A stretch of 64,000 bases of DNA, from the NCBI GenBank assembly GCA_000990585.1, contig LBQD01000002.1, positions 250,408 through 314,407 of the forward strand, given 5' to 3'. The stretch is from Candidatus Moranbacteria bacterium GW2011_GWE2_35_2-. GTDB lineage: Bacteria > Patescibacteriota > Minisyncoccia > Moranbacterales > UBA9337. The notes below the pieces were generated by a model. It searched no databases and had not been told where the DNA came from. It saw only the letters and a program-made list of their open reading frames with translations. Of this stretch, positions 10,276 through 21,500 are shown piece by piece; the first letter of the stretch is position 1, and each line of letters opens with the position of its first letter. The position numbers and the translations under genes were made by a program.

Positions 10276-10689
10276 ATGAAAAAAAATATTTTTAACAGGA
10301 AAAGTAATGTTTATATGATTATTATTTTTTCTTTTGTAATCGCATTTGGTTTTTTCCAGTCTGTTTTGGCGCAAAGTTATGTACCGATGGAAAAATTACC
10401 CGGTTCTCCAGGAGCGGCAAATCTCAAGGATTATGTGTTGGCGATTTATAATTTTGCTATTTGGACAGTTGGAATCGCGGCATTTTTTATGATTTCAATT
10501 GGTGGTTTTTGGTATTTTACGGCAGCAGGAAATACGTCCAAGACTGCTAAGGCAAAAGAAATAATCGGTGATGCGCTTTTGGGGGTAATAGTTTCTATGA
10601 TAGCATGGTTGATTTTATATGTGATCAATCCTGATTTGGTGAACGTTAATTTAAGTAGTCTTGGAGAAGGATTGAGGATTAGTCAATAA
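10276..10689 (+). CDS. TrbC/VirB2-like T4SS pilin (signal peptide plus two hydrophobic helices)
   Basis: 137 aa. N-terminal signal peptide ending ..SVLAQS, followed by two long hydrophobic segments separated by a short polar loop (AAGNTSKTAKAKE). This is the classic VirB2/TrbC topology, and it lies immediately downstream of the T4SS-type ATPase. Confidence 0.45.
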   Translation: MKKNIFNRKSNVYMIIIFSFVIAFGFFQSVLAQSYVPMEKLPGSPGAANLKDYVLAIYNFAIWTVGIAAFFMISIGGFWYFTAAGNTSKTAKAKEIIGDALLGVIVSMIAWLILYVINPDLVNVNLSSLGEGLRISQ

Positions 10690-10701
10690 ATATTTTTAAT
10701 A

Positions 10702-11718
10702 ATGAATAAAAAAAATCAGATAATTTGCGTCGGTTCTTCTTGTAAAGACACTTTTTTTCCTACAGGTGATGGTGTTGTTGTTGATACCCCGAGCGATTTG
10801 TTGGCGCAAAAAAAAATTTATTTTGAATTGGGGGCTAAATATAAAGTCGATCAAATATGTGAAGCGCCGGGAGGTTGCGCAGCTAATGTGGCTCAGGGAT
10901 TGGCACGGTTGGAAATTGACGCAGGAGCGCTAACTAAAATTGGCGGAGATTTAGTCGGAAAATGGATAGTGGATGAATTAAAAAAGGAAAACGTGGATGT
11001 TGAATTTGTGCAAATTGACAAAAAATGCCGAACTGACTTGTCATCAATTATTGTTGATACAAAAACCAAAGATCATATTATTTTTTGGAATCGTGATTCA
11101 AATGAAAAGCTGGAAATTTCTTCGGAAAAAATTCCTTCAGCGGAATGGATTTTTGTAAGTGCACTTAATGGAAATTGGCGAGTTCATTTGGATATAATAA
11201 TTGAAATGGCGAAGAAAAAAGATATGAAAATAGCTTTGAATCCCGGACAAAAAAATATTCATGATGACGCGAAAAAAGTTTTAGAAGCAATAAAAAATTC
11301 TCAAATTTTGATTTTGAATAAAGACGAAGCAATTGAAATAATTTCCGAGTCCGGACATTGGAAAGGAGGTAATATTAATTTAAACAATGAGAAATTTTTA
11401 TTGAAAGAATTTTTAAATTTGGGGTGTAGTGCCGTTGTTATCACGGACGGAAATCGCGGAGCGTGGGGATCTGATGGTAAGAGTAATTATTTTTGTCCGG
11501 GAATTAAGGTGGATACCGTGGATACTCTTGGAGCGGGAGATGCATTTACAAGTGGATTTTTGGCGGCGTATTTGAAAGAAAAGGATATTCAAGAGTGTCT
11601 TCGTTGGGGGGCGGCAAATGGAAGTAATGTTGCGAAATTTTATGGAGCGAAAAATGGACTTTTGAGAATAAATGAGATTGAAGCGAGAATTGAGAATATA
11701 GAAATTAAAATTTTTTAA
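10702..11718 (+). CDS. PfkB-family carbohydrate/nucleoside kinase (ribokinase-like)
   Basis: C-terminal DTLGAGDAFTSGF anion-hole motif and a GG dipeptide region typical of the ribokinase/PfkB fold. Confidence 0.7.
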   Translation: MNKKNQIICVGSSCKDTFFPTGDGVVVDTPSDLLAQKKIYFELGAKYKVDQICEAPGGCAANVAQGLARLEIDAGALTKIGGDLVGKWIVDELKKENVDVEFVQIDKKCRTDLSSIIVDTKTKDHIIFWNRDSNEKLEISSEKIPSAEWIFVSALNGNWRVHLDIIIEMAKKKDMKIALNPGQKNIHDDAKKVLEAIKNSQILILNKDEAIEIISESGHWKGGNINLNNEKFLLKEFLNLGCSAVVITDGNRGAWGSDGKSNYFCPGIKVDTVDTLGAGDAFTSGFLAAYLKEKDIQECLRWGAANGSNVAKFYGAKNGLLRINEIEARIENIEIKIF

Positions 11719-11725
11719 AAGAGAT

Positions 11726-12991
11726 ATGGGAATTTTTTCAAAAATATTTAGTGGAGGAAAGAAACTAGATTATGTTCTAGCTTTGGATATTGGAACAGAA
11801 GTGGTTAAAGCGCTTGTTTTTAGAATTGATAAAGATGGTAAAAAAGGTGTTGTGATTGGCGTAGGCAGAGCGCGTCAGAAAATGGGAAATATGCAAAGCG
11901 GAGCAATTTCTGATATCTCGGGTGTTATTGTTTCTGCTCGTGAAGCGATTGAAATTGCCAAAGAAAAATCCGGAGTAAAGAAAATCAAGAACGCGGTGGT
12001 GGGTATCGCCGGAGAATTAGTGAAAGGAATAACAACAACTGTTCATTATGAAAGAGTACGACCGGAAGTAAAAATAGATTTGCCGGAATTGAAAAATATT
12101 ATTGAAAAAGTTCAGCAAAAAGCTTATGAGAGGATTCGAAAACAATTAGCATGGGAAACTAATCAAGAGGGAATTGATGTGAAGTTAATTAATGCAGCGA
12201 TTTCCAATGTAAGTATTGATGGTTATCAAATAACTAATCCGCTTGGATTTCAAGGTCGGGATGTTTCCATTAGCGTGTTTAATGCTTATGCTCCGATGAT
12301 TCATTTGGGTGCAGTGGAAACTATTGCTGATGAGTTGGGTATTGCCTTGATTAGTATTGTTGCTGAGCCGTATGCTGTGGCGCGCAGTGTTGGTTATGAA
12401 GGAGAATTTGATTTTGGGGCAATCTTTATTGATATTGGAGGTGGAACGACAGATATTGCTGTGGTGCGCAATGGAGGATTGGAAGGAACAAAGATGTTTG
12501 CCTTGGGAGGGCGTTCTTTCACTAAACGATTAGCAAGGGAGGCGGGTATTAGTTTTGAGGAAGCCGAGGATTTGAAAATAAAATATTCCGAAAGAAAATT
12601 AGACAAAGGTACGACTGCAAAAATTGAGGAAATATTGCAGAATGATTGCGACGTTTGGCTTAGTGGAGTAGAGCTTTCATTAGAAGAATTTGCTGAGACA
12701 GATCTTTTGCCGTCGAGAATCCTTCTTTGCGGTGGAGGCAGCGCACTTCCCGGAATTAAGAAGGCCTTAGCATCATCAGGATGGACAAAAAAATTATCTT
12801 TCAGTAAAACTCCGGAAATAAATTTCTTGCAACCAAGAGATGTGGTAGATATAATAGACAGTACGCAAGAACTTTTTAGTCCGCAGGATGTTACTCCAAT
12901 GGGATTGGCGACTCTAGTTTTGGATTTTGTGAACGAAGAGAGGGTGATGGCAGGAATTCTCAAAAGAGCAATGAATAATATTGATAAATAA
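11726..12991 (+). CDS. Actin-fold ATPase of the FtsA/PilM family (most likely cell division protein FtsA)
   Basis: Phosphate-1 motif LALDIGTEVVKALV and phosphate-2/adenosine motif IFIDIGGGTTDIAVV. 421 aa with a C-terminal amphipathic tail, consistent with FtsA. Confidence 0.6.
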   Translation: MGIFSKIFSGGKKLDYVLALDIGTEVVKALVFRIDKDGKKGVVIGVGRARQKMGNMQSGAISDISGVIVSAREAIEIAKEKSGVKKIKNAVVGIAGELVKGITTTVHYERVRPEVKIDLPELKNIIEKVQQKAYERIRKQLAWETNQEGIDVKLINAAISNVSIDGYQITNPLGFQGRDVSISVFNAYAPMIHLGAVETIADELGIALISIVAEPYAVARSVGYEGEFDFGAIFIDIGGGTTDIAVVRNGGLEGTKMFALGGRSFTKRLAREAGISFEEAEDLKIKYSERKLDKGTTAKIEEILQNDCDVWLSGVELSLEEFAETDLLPSRILLCGGGSALPGIKKALASSGWTKKLSFSKTPEINFLQPRDVVDIIDSTQELFSPQDVTPMGLATLVLDFVNEERVMAGILKRAMNNIDK

Positions 12992-13013
12992 TTTTTATAA
13001 ATTAAAATAGTAT

Positions 13014-14873
13014 ATGCATAAAACATTTTATATTGATATTGATGAAGAAGTGACATCTATCATTGATCGTTTGAGAAAATCTTCCGTTAAGGAAAATATT
13101 TTGGTTATTCCACAACGCTCCTTGATTTTACAAAGCATAGTTAATTTGAAATTGCTTGAAAAAGAGGCAACAAAGAATAAAAAACAGATAATGATTATAA
13201 CACAAGATTCTCACGGACAAGCTTTGGTTGAAAAAGCGGGAATTTTAGTGCAATCGTCGATGGAGGGTATTGAAGAAGACAATGTTGTTAGAGAAGATTT
13301 TGAGCCGAAAATAAACGATGCGAACATTAAAGATAGGCTATTAGAAAATATGGAAAAGAAGGAAAAATTAAAAAGACTGGGGAGCGGTGAATTTTTTGAC
13401 ATATCTTCAAAGAAAAAAACAAACAATCTAAGAGCAGAAGTAACCGAACAGGTAGATATAAAAAAAACTGATATTTTTCCAGAGATGGCAGAATATAATC
13501 TTGCTACCGAATTTAAGGCTAAAAAAGATAATTCAACGAGAGATAATATTGAAAAGTTGGATTTAAAAAGAGAAAGGGAATTGGAAAAGTTATTTGGAAA
13601 ATCCAGTATAAAAAAGAAGGAAGAAATTTCGGAAAATGTGTCAAAGATAAATAATTTTGATTATGGTAATCAAAATTCGGATAATTATAGTAAAAAAGTT
13701 TCCGGAAGGGTAAAGAAAATTTTTTCTTTATTGGGAATTGTTTGTTTTTTTTCCATTTTGGCGGTTGCCGCTTATCTATTTTTGCCGAAGGTTGATATTG
13801 AAGTTTATCCTCAAACAAATATCAAGGAGGATGATCTTGAAATAGTAGGAGTTTCTAACGGTAATTTTGGTTTGGACGGAAAAAAATTAATTGTTTCTAG
13901 TCGGGTTGTAGAGGCGGATTCTTCTGTTGTTTTTTCTTTTGACGCAACCGGACAGAAAGATGTTTCAGATCAAAAAGCGCATGGAACGGTTGTTGTGTAT
14001 AATGAATATAGTGCTGCTTCCCAACAATTAGTGGCGACAACAAGATTGCTTACGGAAGATGGAAAACTTTTTCGCTTAGTTGCGGGTGTTGTTGTTCCGG
14101 GAATTTCTGAAATTGAAGGAAAGATTGAACCCGGGAAAATAGAAGTAGAAGTGGTAGCTGATCAATCGGGCGAAGAATATAATATAGAAGAAAGTAAATT
14201 TTCTATCATCGGATTTAAGGGCGGGCCAAAATACGAAAAGATACATGCTCGTTCAATAGCTAAAATGATTGGCGGAGGTGGTAATGGAGAAAAGTTAAGT
14301 TCGATTTCCGAAGAAGATGTTAAATTAGCAAAACAAAAAACAGAGGAAAGTGCCCGTGGTCAATTGATGGAAAAAATAAAAGGAAAATTGGGCGAAGGAG
14401 AAATTATATTGGATGCTTCAATAAAGGAAGATATTGTCAGCTCTGCGGCTTCGCCGGGAGAAGGGATGGTGGCAGATAGCTTTAATTATCAAATTGATTT
14501 AAAAGCTAAAGCAGTTGTAGTTTCGCAGAAAAAAATCGATGAATTGGTTGCGGAATATTTTTCAAATAAAATTGATTCAGAAATGATTATTGCCCAAAAT
14601 AAAATTGAATACGGAAATATTGATGTGGATTTTGAAAAAGACAGTCTTATTGCTCGTGTTCATGCCGAATCGCTTTTTCAGGCAAAAATAGATGAAGAAA
14701 AATTAAAAGTGGAAATTTTAGGAAAAAGTACCAATCATTTGAAAGAAATTATTGATGAAGATACTAAGATAAAAAAGATAGAGATGATTTTTTATCCGGA
14801 TTTTTTACGAGGAAGAATTCCTTCGCAAGGTAAATGGGTGAATCTGGAGATAATCAAGCCGACTTTCGAATAA
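13014..14873 (+). CDS. Bitopic membrane protein (619 aa), K/E-rich cytoplasmic N-domain, single TM, large extracytoplasmic domain; function unknown
   Basis: Single hydrophobic helix IFSLLGIVCFFSILAVAAYLFL near residue 240. No catalytic motifs recognised. Immediately follows the FtsA-like gene. Confidence 0.45.
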   Translation: MHKTFYIDIDEEVTSIIDRLRKSSVKENILVIPQRSLILQSIVNLKLLEKEATKNKKQIMIITQDSHGQALVEKAGILVQSSMEGIEEDNVVREDFEPKINDANIKDRLLENMEKKEKLKRLGSGEFFDISSKKKTNNLRAEVTEQVDIKKTDIFPEMAEYNLATEFKAKKDNSTRDNIEKLDLKRERELEKLFGKSSIKKKEEISENVSKINNFDYGNQNSDNYSKKVSGRVKKIFSLLGIVCFFSILAVAAYLFLPKVDIEVYPQTNIKEDDLEIVGVSNGNFGLDGKKLIVSSRVVEADSSVVFSFDATGQKDVSDQKAHGTVVVYNEYSAASQQLVATTRLLTEDGKLFRLVAGVVVPGISEIEGKIEPGKIEVEVVADQSGEEYNIEESKFSIIGFKGGPKYEKIHARSIAKMIGGGGNGEKLSSISEEDVKLAKQKTEESARGQLMEKIKGKLGEGEIILDASIKEDIVSSAASPGEGMVADSFNYQIDLKAKAVVVSQKKIDELVAEYFSNKIDSEMIIAQNKIEYGNIDVDFEKDSLIARVHAESLFQAKIDEEKLKVEILGKSTNHLKEIIDEDTKIKKIEMIFYPDFLRGRIPSQGKWVNLEIIKPTFE

Positions 14874-14888
14874 ATTTTATTTGCGGAC

Positions 14889-14916
14889 TTGACAAAAAAA
14901 ATGAGCGTGGTAGACT
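14889..14916 (+). promoter_or_regulatory. Candidate sigma70 promoter (TTGACA-16-TAGACT)
   Basis: Seen directly in the intergenic region upstream of rpoB. Confidence 0.35.
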
Positions 14917-14925
14917 GCTAATTAC

Positions 14926-14953
14926 TTGAAAAAAAGTGGCGGATTATTATAAT
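14926..14953 (+). promoter_or_regulatory. Candidate sigma70 promoter (TTGAAA-16-TATAAT) upstream of rpoB
   Basis: Near-consensus -35 and perfect -10 hexamers with 16-nt spacing, about 100 nt upstream of the rpoB start region. Confidence 0.45.
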
Positions 14954-15053
14954 TTGCCAGAAAAGAAAATACGTTGCCAATCTTTGAAGCTAAATGTTGC
15001 GCATCAATCAAATATAATTAAATACAACCTTAATAGATCTCATTAACTAACCC

Positions 15054-18000
15054 TTGTCTCTAAGAAAAATCCGCGAAGCAAGGGGTATTGTGAGAGTTGT
15101 TTTTATGCTTAAAAGTGAAAAAACCCTGAGAGTTAAAGGGGAGTTTAGCAGTGCGTCTTCTCTTTCAAAGAGAAAATCTCCCAAGAAAGTCCCAATGGTT
15201 TCGTTGCCTAATTTGATTGAAGCGCAAACCGATTCTTATCGGTGGTTTTTGGAAAAAGGATTTCAGGAATTGTTGGATGAAATAAATCCGATTACTGATT
15301 TTGCAGGAAAGGATTTGGAAATATCTATTTCTGATTATTATCTTGATGAGCCGAAGTATGATGAAATTACGGCAAAAAACAAAAATATTTCTTTCGAAGC
15401 GCCGCTTCGAGCCAAGGCATCTTTGTTAATCAAAAGAACCGGGGAAATCAGAGAACAAGAAATATATCTTGGAGATTTTCCGATAATGACAGATCGTGGA
15501 ACATTCGTGGTAAATGGAGTAGAAAGAGTAGTTGTAAGTCAGCTTATTCGCAGTCCGGGAGTTTTTTTCACGATGAATTATCAAAAAGGAAAAAAACTTT
15601 TCGGAGCTAAAATTATTCCTAATCGCGGAGCATGGCTTGAGATTGATACGGATTTTGACGGAGTTATTTCGGTTAAAATAGACCGAAAAAGGAAAGTTCC
15701 AATAACGGCGTTGCTTCGGGCTTTTGGGTATGGAAGCGATGAAAAATTGCGCAAGATTTTTACTGATACCGATAACGGAGATACGAAGTATATTGAAGAA
15801 ACTATTAGTAAAGATATTTCAAAAAATCAAGGAGAAGGTTATAAGGAAGTATATAAAAGAATTCGTCCGGGTGATTTTGCTACCGAAGAAAATGCCAAAC
15901 AGATGATTGATTCGATGTTTTTTAATTTTGAAAGATATGATTTTGGGAGTGTCGGACGTTATCGCTTGAATCAACGTTTGCGTGTGGATAGAAAAAATAA
16001 TGAAGAAAGTCGCGTGCTTAATGTTGAGGATTTGATTTTGATCATTAAAGAAGTTATAAAGCTCAATAACGATCCTTTGGCACAAGCTGATGATATCGAC
16101 CATTTGGGAAATCGTAGAGTGCGTGGTGTTGGAGAGTTGGTACAAAACAAGCTTCGCGTAGGAATGGCAAGAATGATTCGAAATATCAAAGACCGAATGA
16201 GTACTTGTGATGTTATTACGGTTGTTCCCGGACAATTAGTAAATTCCAGACCGATTGCTGCCGCAATTAAAGAGTTTTTTTCTAGTTCCCAGTTGTCGCA
16301 GTTTATGGATCAAGTGAATCCTTTGGCTGAGTTGGAGCACAAAAGAAGACTTAGTGCGATGGGTCCCGGAGGACTTACTCGTGAAAGAGCTGGATTTGAG
16401 GTGCGTGATGTGCATCATTCTCATTATGGAAGAATTTGTCCAGTACAAACTCCTGAAGGTCCGAATATTGGCTTAGTTGGACATATGGCGACTTATGCTC
16501 GAATAAATAAATTCGGATTTTTGGAAACTCCTTATCGAAAAATAGAACAGGAAGTAGAAAATAAAGTTAAGATGCTGATAAATAAAATTTTGGGAGAAAA
16601 TATTTCCGGTGTTGCCAAAAAAGGAGAGAAAATTGATAATGTATTGGCCGAAAAAATCGTTAAATCAAAAAAAGACAAAGTTAAAGTATTTCCTTTTATT
16701 ACTGAGACAATAGAATATATAGATGCAACTGTTGAAGATCGTAAAATTATTGCGCATGCCGGGATTGAGATAGATAAAGACGGAAATATTATGGAAAGTA
16801 TGGTGGAAGCCAGAGTGAAAGGGCATCCGGAAATGATTGAAGTGGATAAATTGGATTATATTGATGTTTCTGCCAAGCAATGTATTTCTGTGGCAACTTC
16901 AATGATTCCGTTTTTGGAACACGATGATGCTAACCGCGCTCTTATGGGATCGAATATGCAACGTCAAGCTGTTTCTTGTGTTGTTCCGGAGGCACCGGTT
17001 GTGGGAACGGGCATTGAAGATAAAGCGGCGGCTGATTCCGGACAGGTAGTTATTTCCTACGGGGATGGGACGGTTATTGAGGTTGATGCGCGCCACATTA
17101 TTGTGAAGGAAAAAACGCCAGTTGGATCAAAAAAATCAAGTTTTAATCGAGAATATATTTTGCAAAGTTTCATTAAATCCAATGCGTTTACGAGTATGAA
17201 TCAAATTCCGCGCGTAAAAAAAGGAGATGATGTTCATAAAGGACAACTTTTGGCGGATGGAGCTTCTACTGATCATGGGGAATTGGCTTTGGGACAAAAT
17301 GTAATGGTGGCGTTTATTCCTTGGGAAGGTTATAACTTTGAAGACGCGATTATTGTTTCCGAAAGAGTGCTTCAGGCTGACAGATATAGCTCAATCCATA
17401 TTGAGGATTTTTCTGTTGAAGTTCGCGACACAAAGCTTGGACCGGAAGTAGTGACTCGCGATATTCCGAACATTGGAGAGGAACGTCTGAAAAATTTGGA
17501 TGAAACAGGAATAATTCGTATTGGAGCGGAAGTTTCTTCCGGAGATATTATGGTTGGAAAAATTACCCCGAAAGGTGAAGGAGATCTTACTGCTGAAGAA
17601 AGATTACTCAGAGCGATTTTCGGAGAAAAATCCAGAGATGTTAAAGATTCTTCACTTTATCTTCCTCATGGTGAGCATGGTAAGGTTGTGGATATTAAAA
17701 TATTTTCTCGTGAGCAAGGAGATAAGCTTTCAACCGGAGTAATTCAAAAAATACAGGTTTCCGTGGCACAACTTCGAAAAATTTCCGTTGGAGATAAATT
17801 GGCCGGACGACATGGAAATAAGGGTGTTATTTCCCGTATTGCTCCTGTGGAAGATATGCCGTATCTTCCGGATGGAAATCCTGTGGATATTATTTTGAAT
17901 CCGTTAGGAGTGGCCAGTCGTATGAATATCGGTCAGATTTTGGAAACTCACCTTGGGTGGGCGGCAAAGCAACTTGGATATAATATCGCAACGCCGGCTT

Positions 18001-18500
18001 TGGACGGAGTAAGTGAAGATTATATTAAAGAAGAATTGAAGAAAGCTGGATTGCCCGAGGATGGAAAAGTGCGCTTGGTAAATGGAAAAACAGGAGAATA
18101 TTATGATAACCCGTCAACTGTGGGGATTATGTATATTATGAAATTGAACCATTTGGTTGATGATAAATTGCATATGCGTTCAATCGGACCGTACTCGTTA
18201 ATCACTCAGCAACCATTAGGAGGAAAAGCTCAATTCGGAGGACAGAGATTCGGAGAAATGGAAGTGTGGGCATTGGAAGGTTATGGCGCGGCACATACTT
18301 TACAGGAGATGCTTACAATCAAGTCCGATGATGTGATGGGAAGATCTAAAGCGTACGAATCTATTATTAAGGGTGAACCGATTACTAGTCCTAATATCCC
18401 GGCTTCTTTCCACGTTTTGGTAAATGAACTTAAAGGACTTTGCTTGAATGTTCAGCTTTTAGGAGGTCACAGAGAAAGTGGAGAAAAAGAAGATGAATAA
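15054..18500 (+). CDS. rpoB: DNA-directed RNA polymerase subunit beta
   Basis: Unmistakable conserved blocks (e.g. PNLIEAQTDSYRWFL, GDKLAGRHGNKGVIS, NPLGVASRMNIGQILE). The track start at 15054 is a TTG. The true start may be the ATG at 15105 (MLKSEK..). Confidence 0.95.
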   Translation: MSLRKIREARGIVRVVFMLKSEKTLRVKGEFSSASSLSKRKSPKKVPMVSLPNLIEAQTDSYRWFLEKGFQELLDEINPITDFAGKDLEISISDYYLDEPKYDEITAKNKNISFEAPLRAKASLLIKRTGEIREQEIYLGDFPIMTDRGTFVVNGVERVVVSQLIRSPGVFFTMNYQKGKKLFGAKIIPNRGAWLEIDTDFDGVISVKIDRKRKVPITALLRAFGYGSDEKLRKIFTDTDNGDTKYIEETISKDISKNQGEGYKEVYKRIRPGDFATEENAKQMIDSMFFNFERYDFGSVGRYRLNQRLRVDRKNNEESRVLNVEDLILIIKEVIKLNNDPLAQADDIDHLGNRRVRGVGELVQNKLRVGMARMIRNIKDRMSTCDVITVVPGQLVNSRPIAAAIKEFFSSSQLSQFMDQVNPLAELEHKRRLSAMGPGGLTRERAGFEVRDVHHSHYGRICPVQTPEGPNIGLVGHMATYARINKFGFLETPYRKIEQEVENKVKMLINKILGENISGVAKKGEKIDNVLAEKIVKSKKDKVKVFPFITETIEYIDATVEDRKIIAHAGIEIDKDGNIMESMVEARVKGHPEMIEVDKLDYIDVSAKQCISVATSMIPFLEHDDANRALMGSNMQRQAVSCVVPEAPVVGTGIEDKAAADSGQVVISYGDGTVIEVDARHIIVKEKTPVGSKKSSFNREYILQSFIKSNAFTSMNQIPRVKKGDDVHKGQLLADGASTDHGELALGQNVMVAFIPWEGYNFEDAIIVSERVLQADRYSSIHIEDFSVEVRDTKLGPEVVTRDIPNIGEERLKNLDETGIIRIGAEVSSGDIMVGKITPKGEGDLTAEERLLRAIFGEKSRDVKDSSLYLPHGEHGKVVDIKIFSREQGDKLSTGVIQKIQVSVAQLRKISVGDKLAGRHGNKGVISRIAPVEDMPYLPDGNPVDIILNPLGVASRMNIGQILETHLGWAAKQLGYNIATPALDGVSEDYIKEELKKAGLPEDGKVRLVNGKTGEYYDNPSTVGIMYIMKLNHLVDDKLHMRSIGPYSLITQQPLGGKAQFGGQRFGEMEVWALEGYGAAHTLQEMLTIKSDDVMGRSKAYESIIKGEPITSPNIPASFHVLVNELKGLCLNVQLLGGHRESGEKEDE

Positions 18501-18551
18501 ATTTTCAAAATAACTTTTTAAGTACTTAAATTTTTTCAAGGGATAAATTTT

Positions 18552-21500
18552 ATGGAAAAAAATACTAAAGTAAGTGATTTCAATAGTGTGCGCCTAAAAT
18601 TGGCTAGTCCGGAGGATATTTTGGATTGGTCGCACGGAGAAGTTACTAAGCCGGAAACCATCAATTATCGCACTCAACGTTATGAAAAAGATGGGCTTTT
18701 CTGTGAGAAAATTTTTGGTCCGCATAAGGACTGGGAATGTTATTGTGGAAAGTATAAAAGAATTCGTTATAAAGGAATAGTTTGCGACAAATGCGGTGTG
18801 GAGGTGACACGTTCAGTTGTGCGTCGAGAAAGAATGGGACATATCAAATTGGCAGTTCCTGTTTCGCATATTTGGTTTTTGCGCGGAGTTCCGTCAAAAA
18901 TCGGATTAGCTTTAGGGATGTCCTATCAAGAGTTGGAAAAAGTTGTATATTTTTCCGCTTATTTGGTGACGGATGTAAACGAACAAGCAAAAAATTCTGC
19001 TTTGGATCAATTGGAGATTGAGAATAAGAAAAAACAGAAAGAGATTAAAAAATCCAACCAAAATGACGAAACTAAAGAAGAAATGTTGGAGGAACTGCAC
19101 AGTTTATATCGATCAACAAAGGAAGATTTGAAAAATTTGCATTATCTCCAGATTCTTTCCGAAATGGAATATTTCAATCTATCTTCTAGTTTCGCTCAAG
19201 TTTTTAGCGCCGGAATCGGAGCCGAAGCAGTCCGTAGTGCTTTGGAAAATATGAATATTCCTAAGACTGTTGAAGAGTTGAAAAAAGAAATTGATTCTGA
19301 AAAAACAGTTGATAAGAAAAAAATTCTCAAAAGACTCAAGCTTTTGCAGGGATTTGAAAAGGCAGAATTGAAATTAGAATGGATGTTTCCGACAATTATT
19401 CCAGTTATTCCGCCAGATCTACGTCCGATGGTGGCTCTTGACGGAGGAAGATTTGCAACATCCGACCTTAATGATTTGTATCGTCGAATTATCAATAGAA
19501 ATAATCGTTTGAAAAAATTGATTACTCTTGGTGCTCCGGAAGTTATTACCAGAAATGAAAAAAGAATGTTACAAGAAGCAGTAGATTCTCTTTTTGACAA
19601 TAGTATTAGAAGAGGACAGGCTTCCGTTGCCGCTTCTACCGGACAACGCAGACCGTTGCGTTCTTTGGCGGATTCTCTAAAAGGAAAACAAGGAAGATTT
19701 CGTCAAAATCTTTTGGGAAAACGTGTGGATTACTCCGGACGAAGTGTTATTGTTGTTGGTCCTCAACTAAAATTGCATCAGGTTGGTTTGCCGAAAAAAA
19801 TGGCATTGGAACTTTTTAAACCGTTTATTATTAATAAACTTATTGAAAAGGAATATGCTTTTAATATTCGTACTGCCGGTAGAATGGTAGAAGCGGAAAC
19901 TGAGGAGGCGTATGAAATTTTGGATGAGATTATTGAACATCACTATGTCTTGCTAAATCGCGCGCCGACACTTCATCGTTTGTCAATCCAGGCTTTTCAA
20001 CCGGTTTTAATTGAAGGAAAAGCAATTCGAGTTCATCCGATGGTTTGTGCAGCTTTTAATGCGGATTTCGACGGCGACCAGATGGCGGTTCATGTTCCAC
20101 TTACGCGAAAAGCTCGCGAGGAAAGTGCCAATATGATGCTTTCTTCAAAGAATTTGCTCAAGCCTGCTAGTGGAGATCCAATTGCTACTCCGTCGCTAGA
20201 TATTGTTTTGGGAATATATTACCTTACACATATTCGATCAGATGCCAAAAAAGCTGTTAAGATTTTTTCTTCTATTGAAGAAGCGATTTTAGCATATGAA
20301 AATGCGGCGGTAAAAATAAACGAACCAGTTAAATTGTTGTTCGAAGGAGAAATAATTGAAACTTCTGTCGGAAGAATATTGCTTAATGATACTCTTCCTG
20401 AACAATTGCGATTTGTTAATCGTGAGTTGACCAAAAAAGAAATCAAAGAATTGGTTTCTCAAATGTTGGAAACTATCGGTCAAGATGAAACCGCTCGTTA
20501 TATTGATCTTATTAAAAATTTGGGATTTAAAGCTGCTTCCAAATCGGGAATCAGCTGGGGAATGGATGATTTGAAAATTCCACCGGAAAAAGCGGCAATT
20601 ATAAAAGAACACGAAAATAAAGTATCTGTGGTAAAAAACCAGTTTAATATGGGGCTTTTAACCAATGAAGAGAGAAGAAATAAGACGATTGAAATTTGGA
20701 ATGAAGCTAAAAACAGAATTACTGATGTGGTGCGAGGTTCATTGGATAAAGAGGGTCCGGTTTATGCTATGGTTTATTCAAAGGCACGTGGAAGCGAGTC
20801 GGTTGTCGTTCAGATGACCGGTATGAAAGGTTTGATGGCAGGAGCAACCGGAGAAACTATTGAGTTGCCGGTTAAGAGTTCATTCAAAGAAGGTTTCAAT
20901 GTTTTGGAATATTTTATGTCCACCCATGGAGCTAGAAAAGGTATGGCAGATACCGCTCTTCGAACCGCGACAGCCGGATATCTGACCAGAAGACTGGTAG
21001 ATGTTTCTCAAGATGTTATTATTCAAGAAGAAGATTGTAAAGATAAAGAAGGGATTTATTTATATCGAGAAGATTCGGATAAAATCGGACAAAGCTTTGC
21101 CAGTCGAGTGGGCGGAAGAGTGGTTTTGGATGCAGTGGTTGATCCGAATACGGGTGGAACTATCGTTGCCAAAGGAGAATTGGTGAGTAAAATGCAGGCA
21201 TTAGAGATTGAGAAACTTAAAATAGAGAAGGTAAAAATCCGAAGTGTGGTTTCTTGTAAATCAAAAAAAGGAATCTGTCGAAAGTGTTATGGAGTGGATT
21301 TGGGAAGAGGCAAATTGGTAGAAATCGGAGAAGCAGTAGGAGTAGTGGCAGCACAGGCAATTGGAGAACCGGGAACTCAGCTTACTATGCGTACCTTTCA
21401 TATTGGAGGTGTTGCGGGATCAGATATTACTCAAGGTCTTCCTCGCGTAGAAGAAATTTTCGAAGCGCGTCCTCCAAAAGGAGAAGCTTTGATTTCTGAA

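Noticed and set aside
15724-21499. Numerous short ORFs on both strands within rpoB and rpoC
   Set aside because: They overlap highly conserved RNAP coding sequence. They are spurious.
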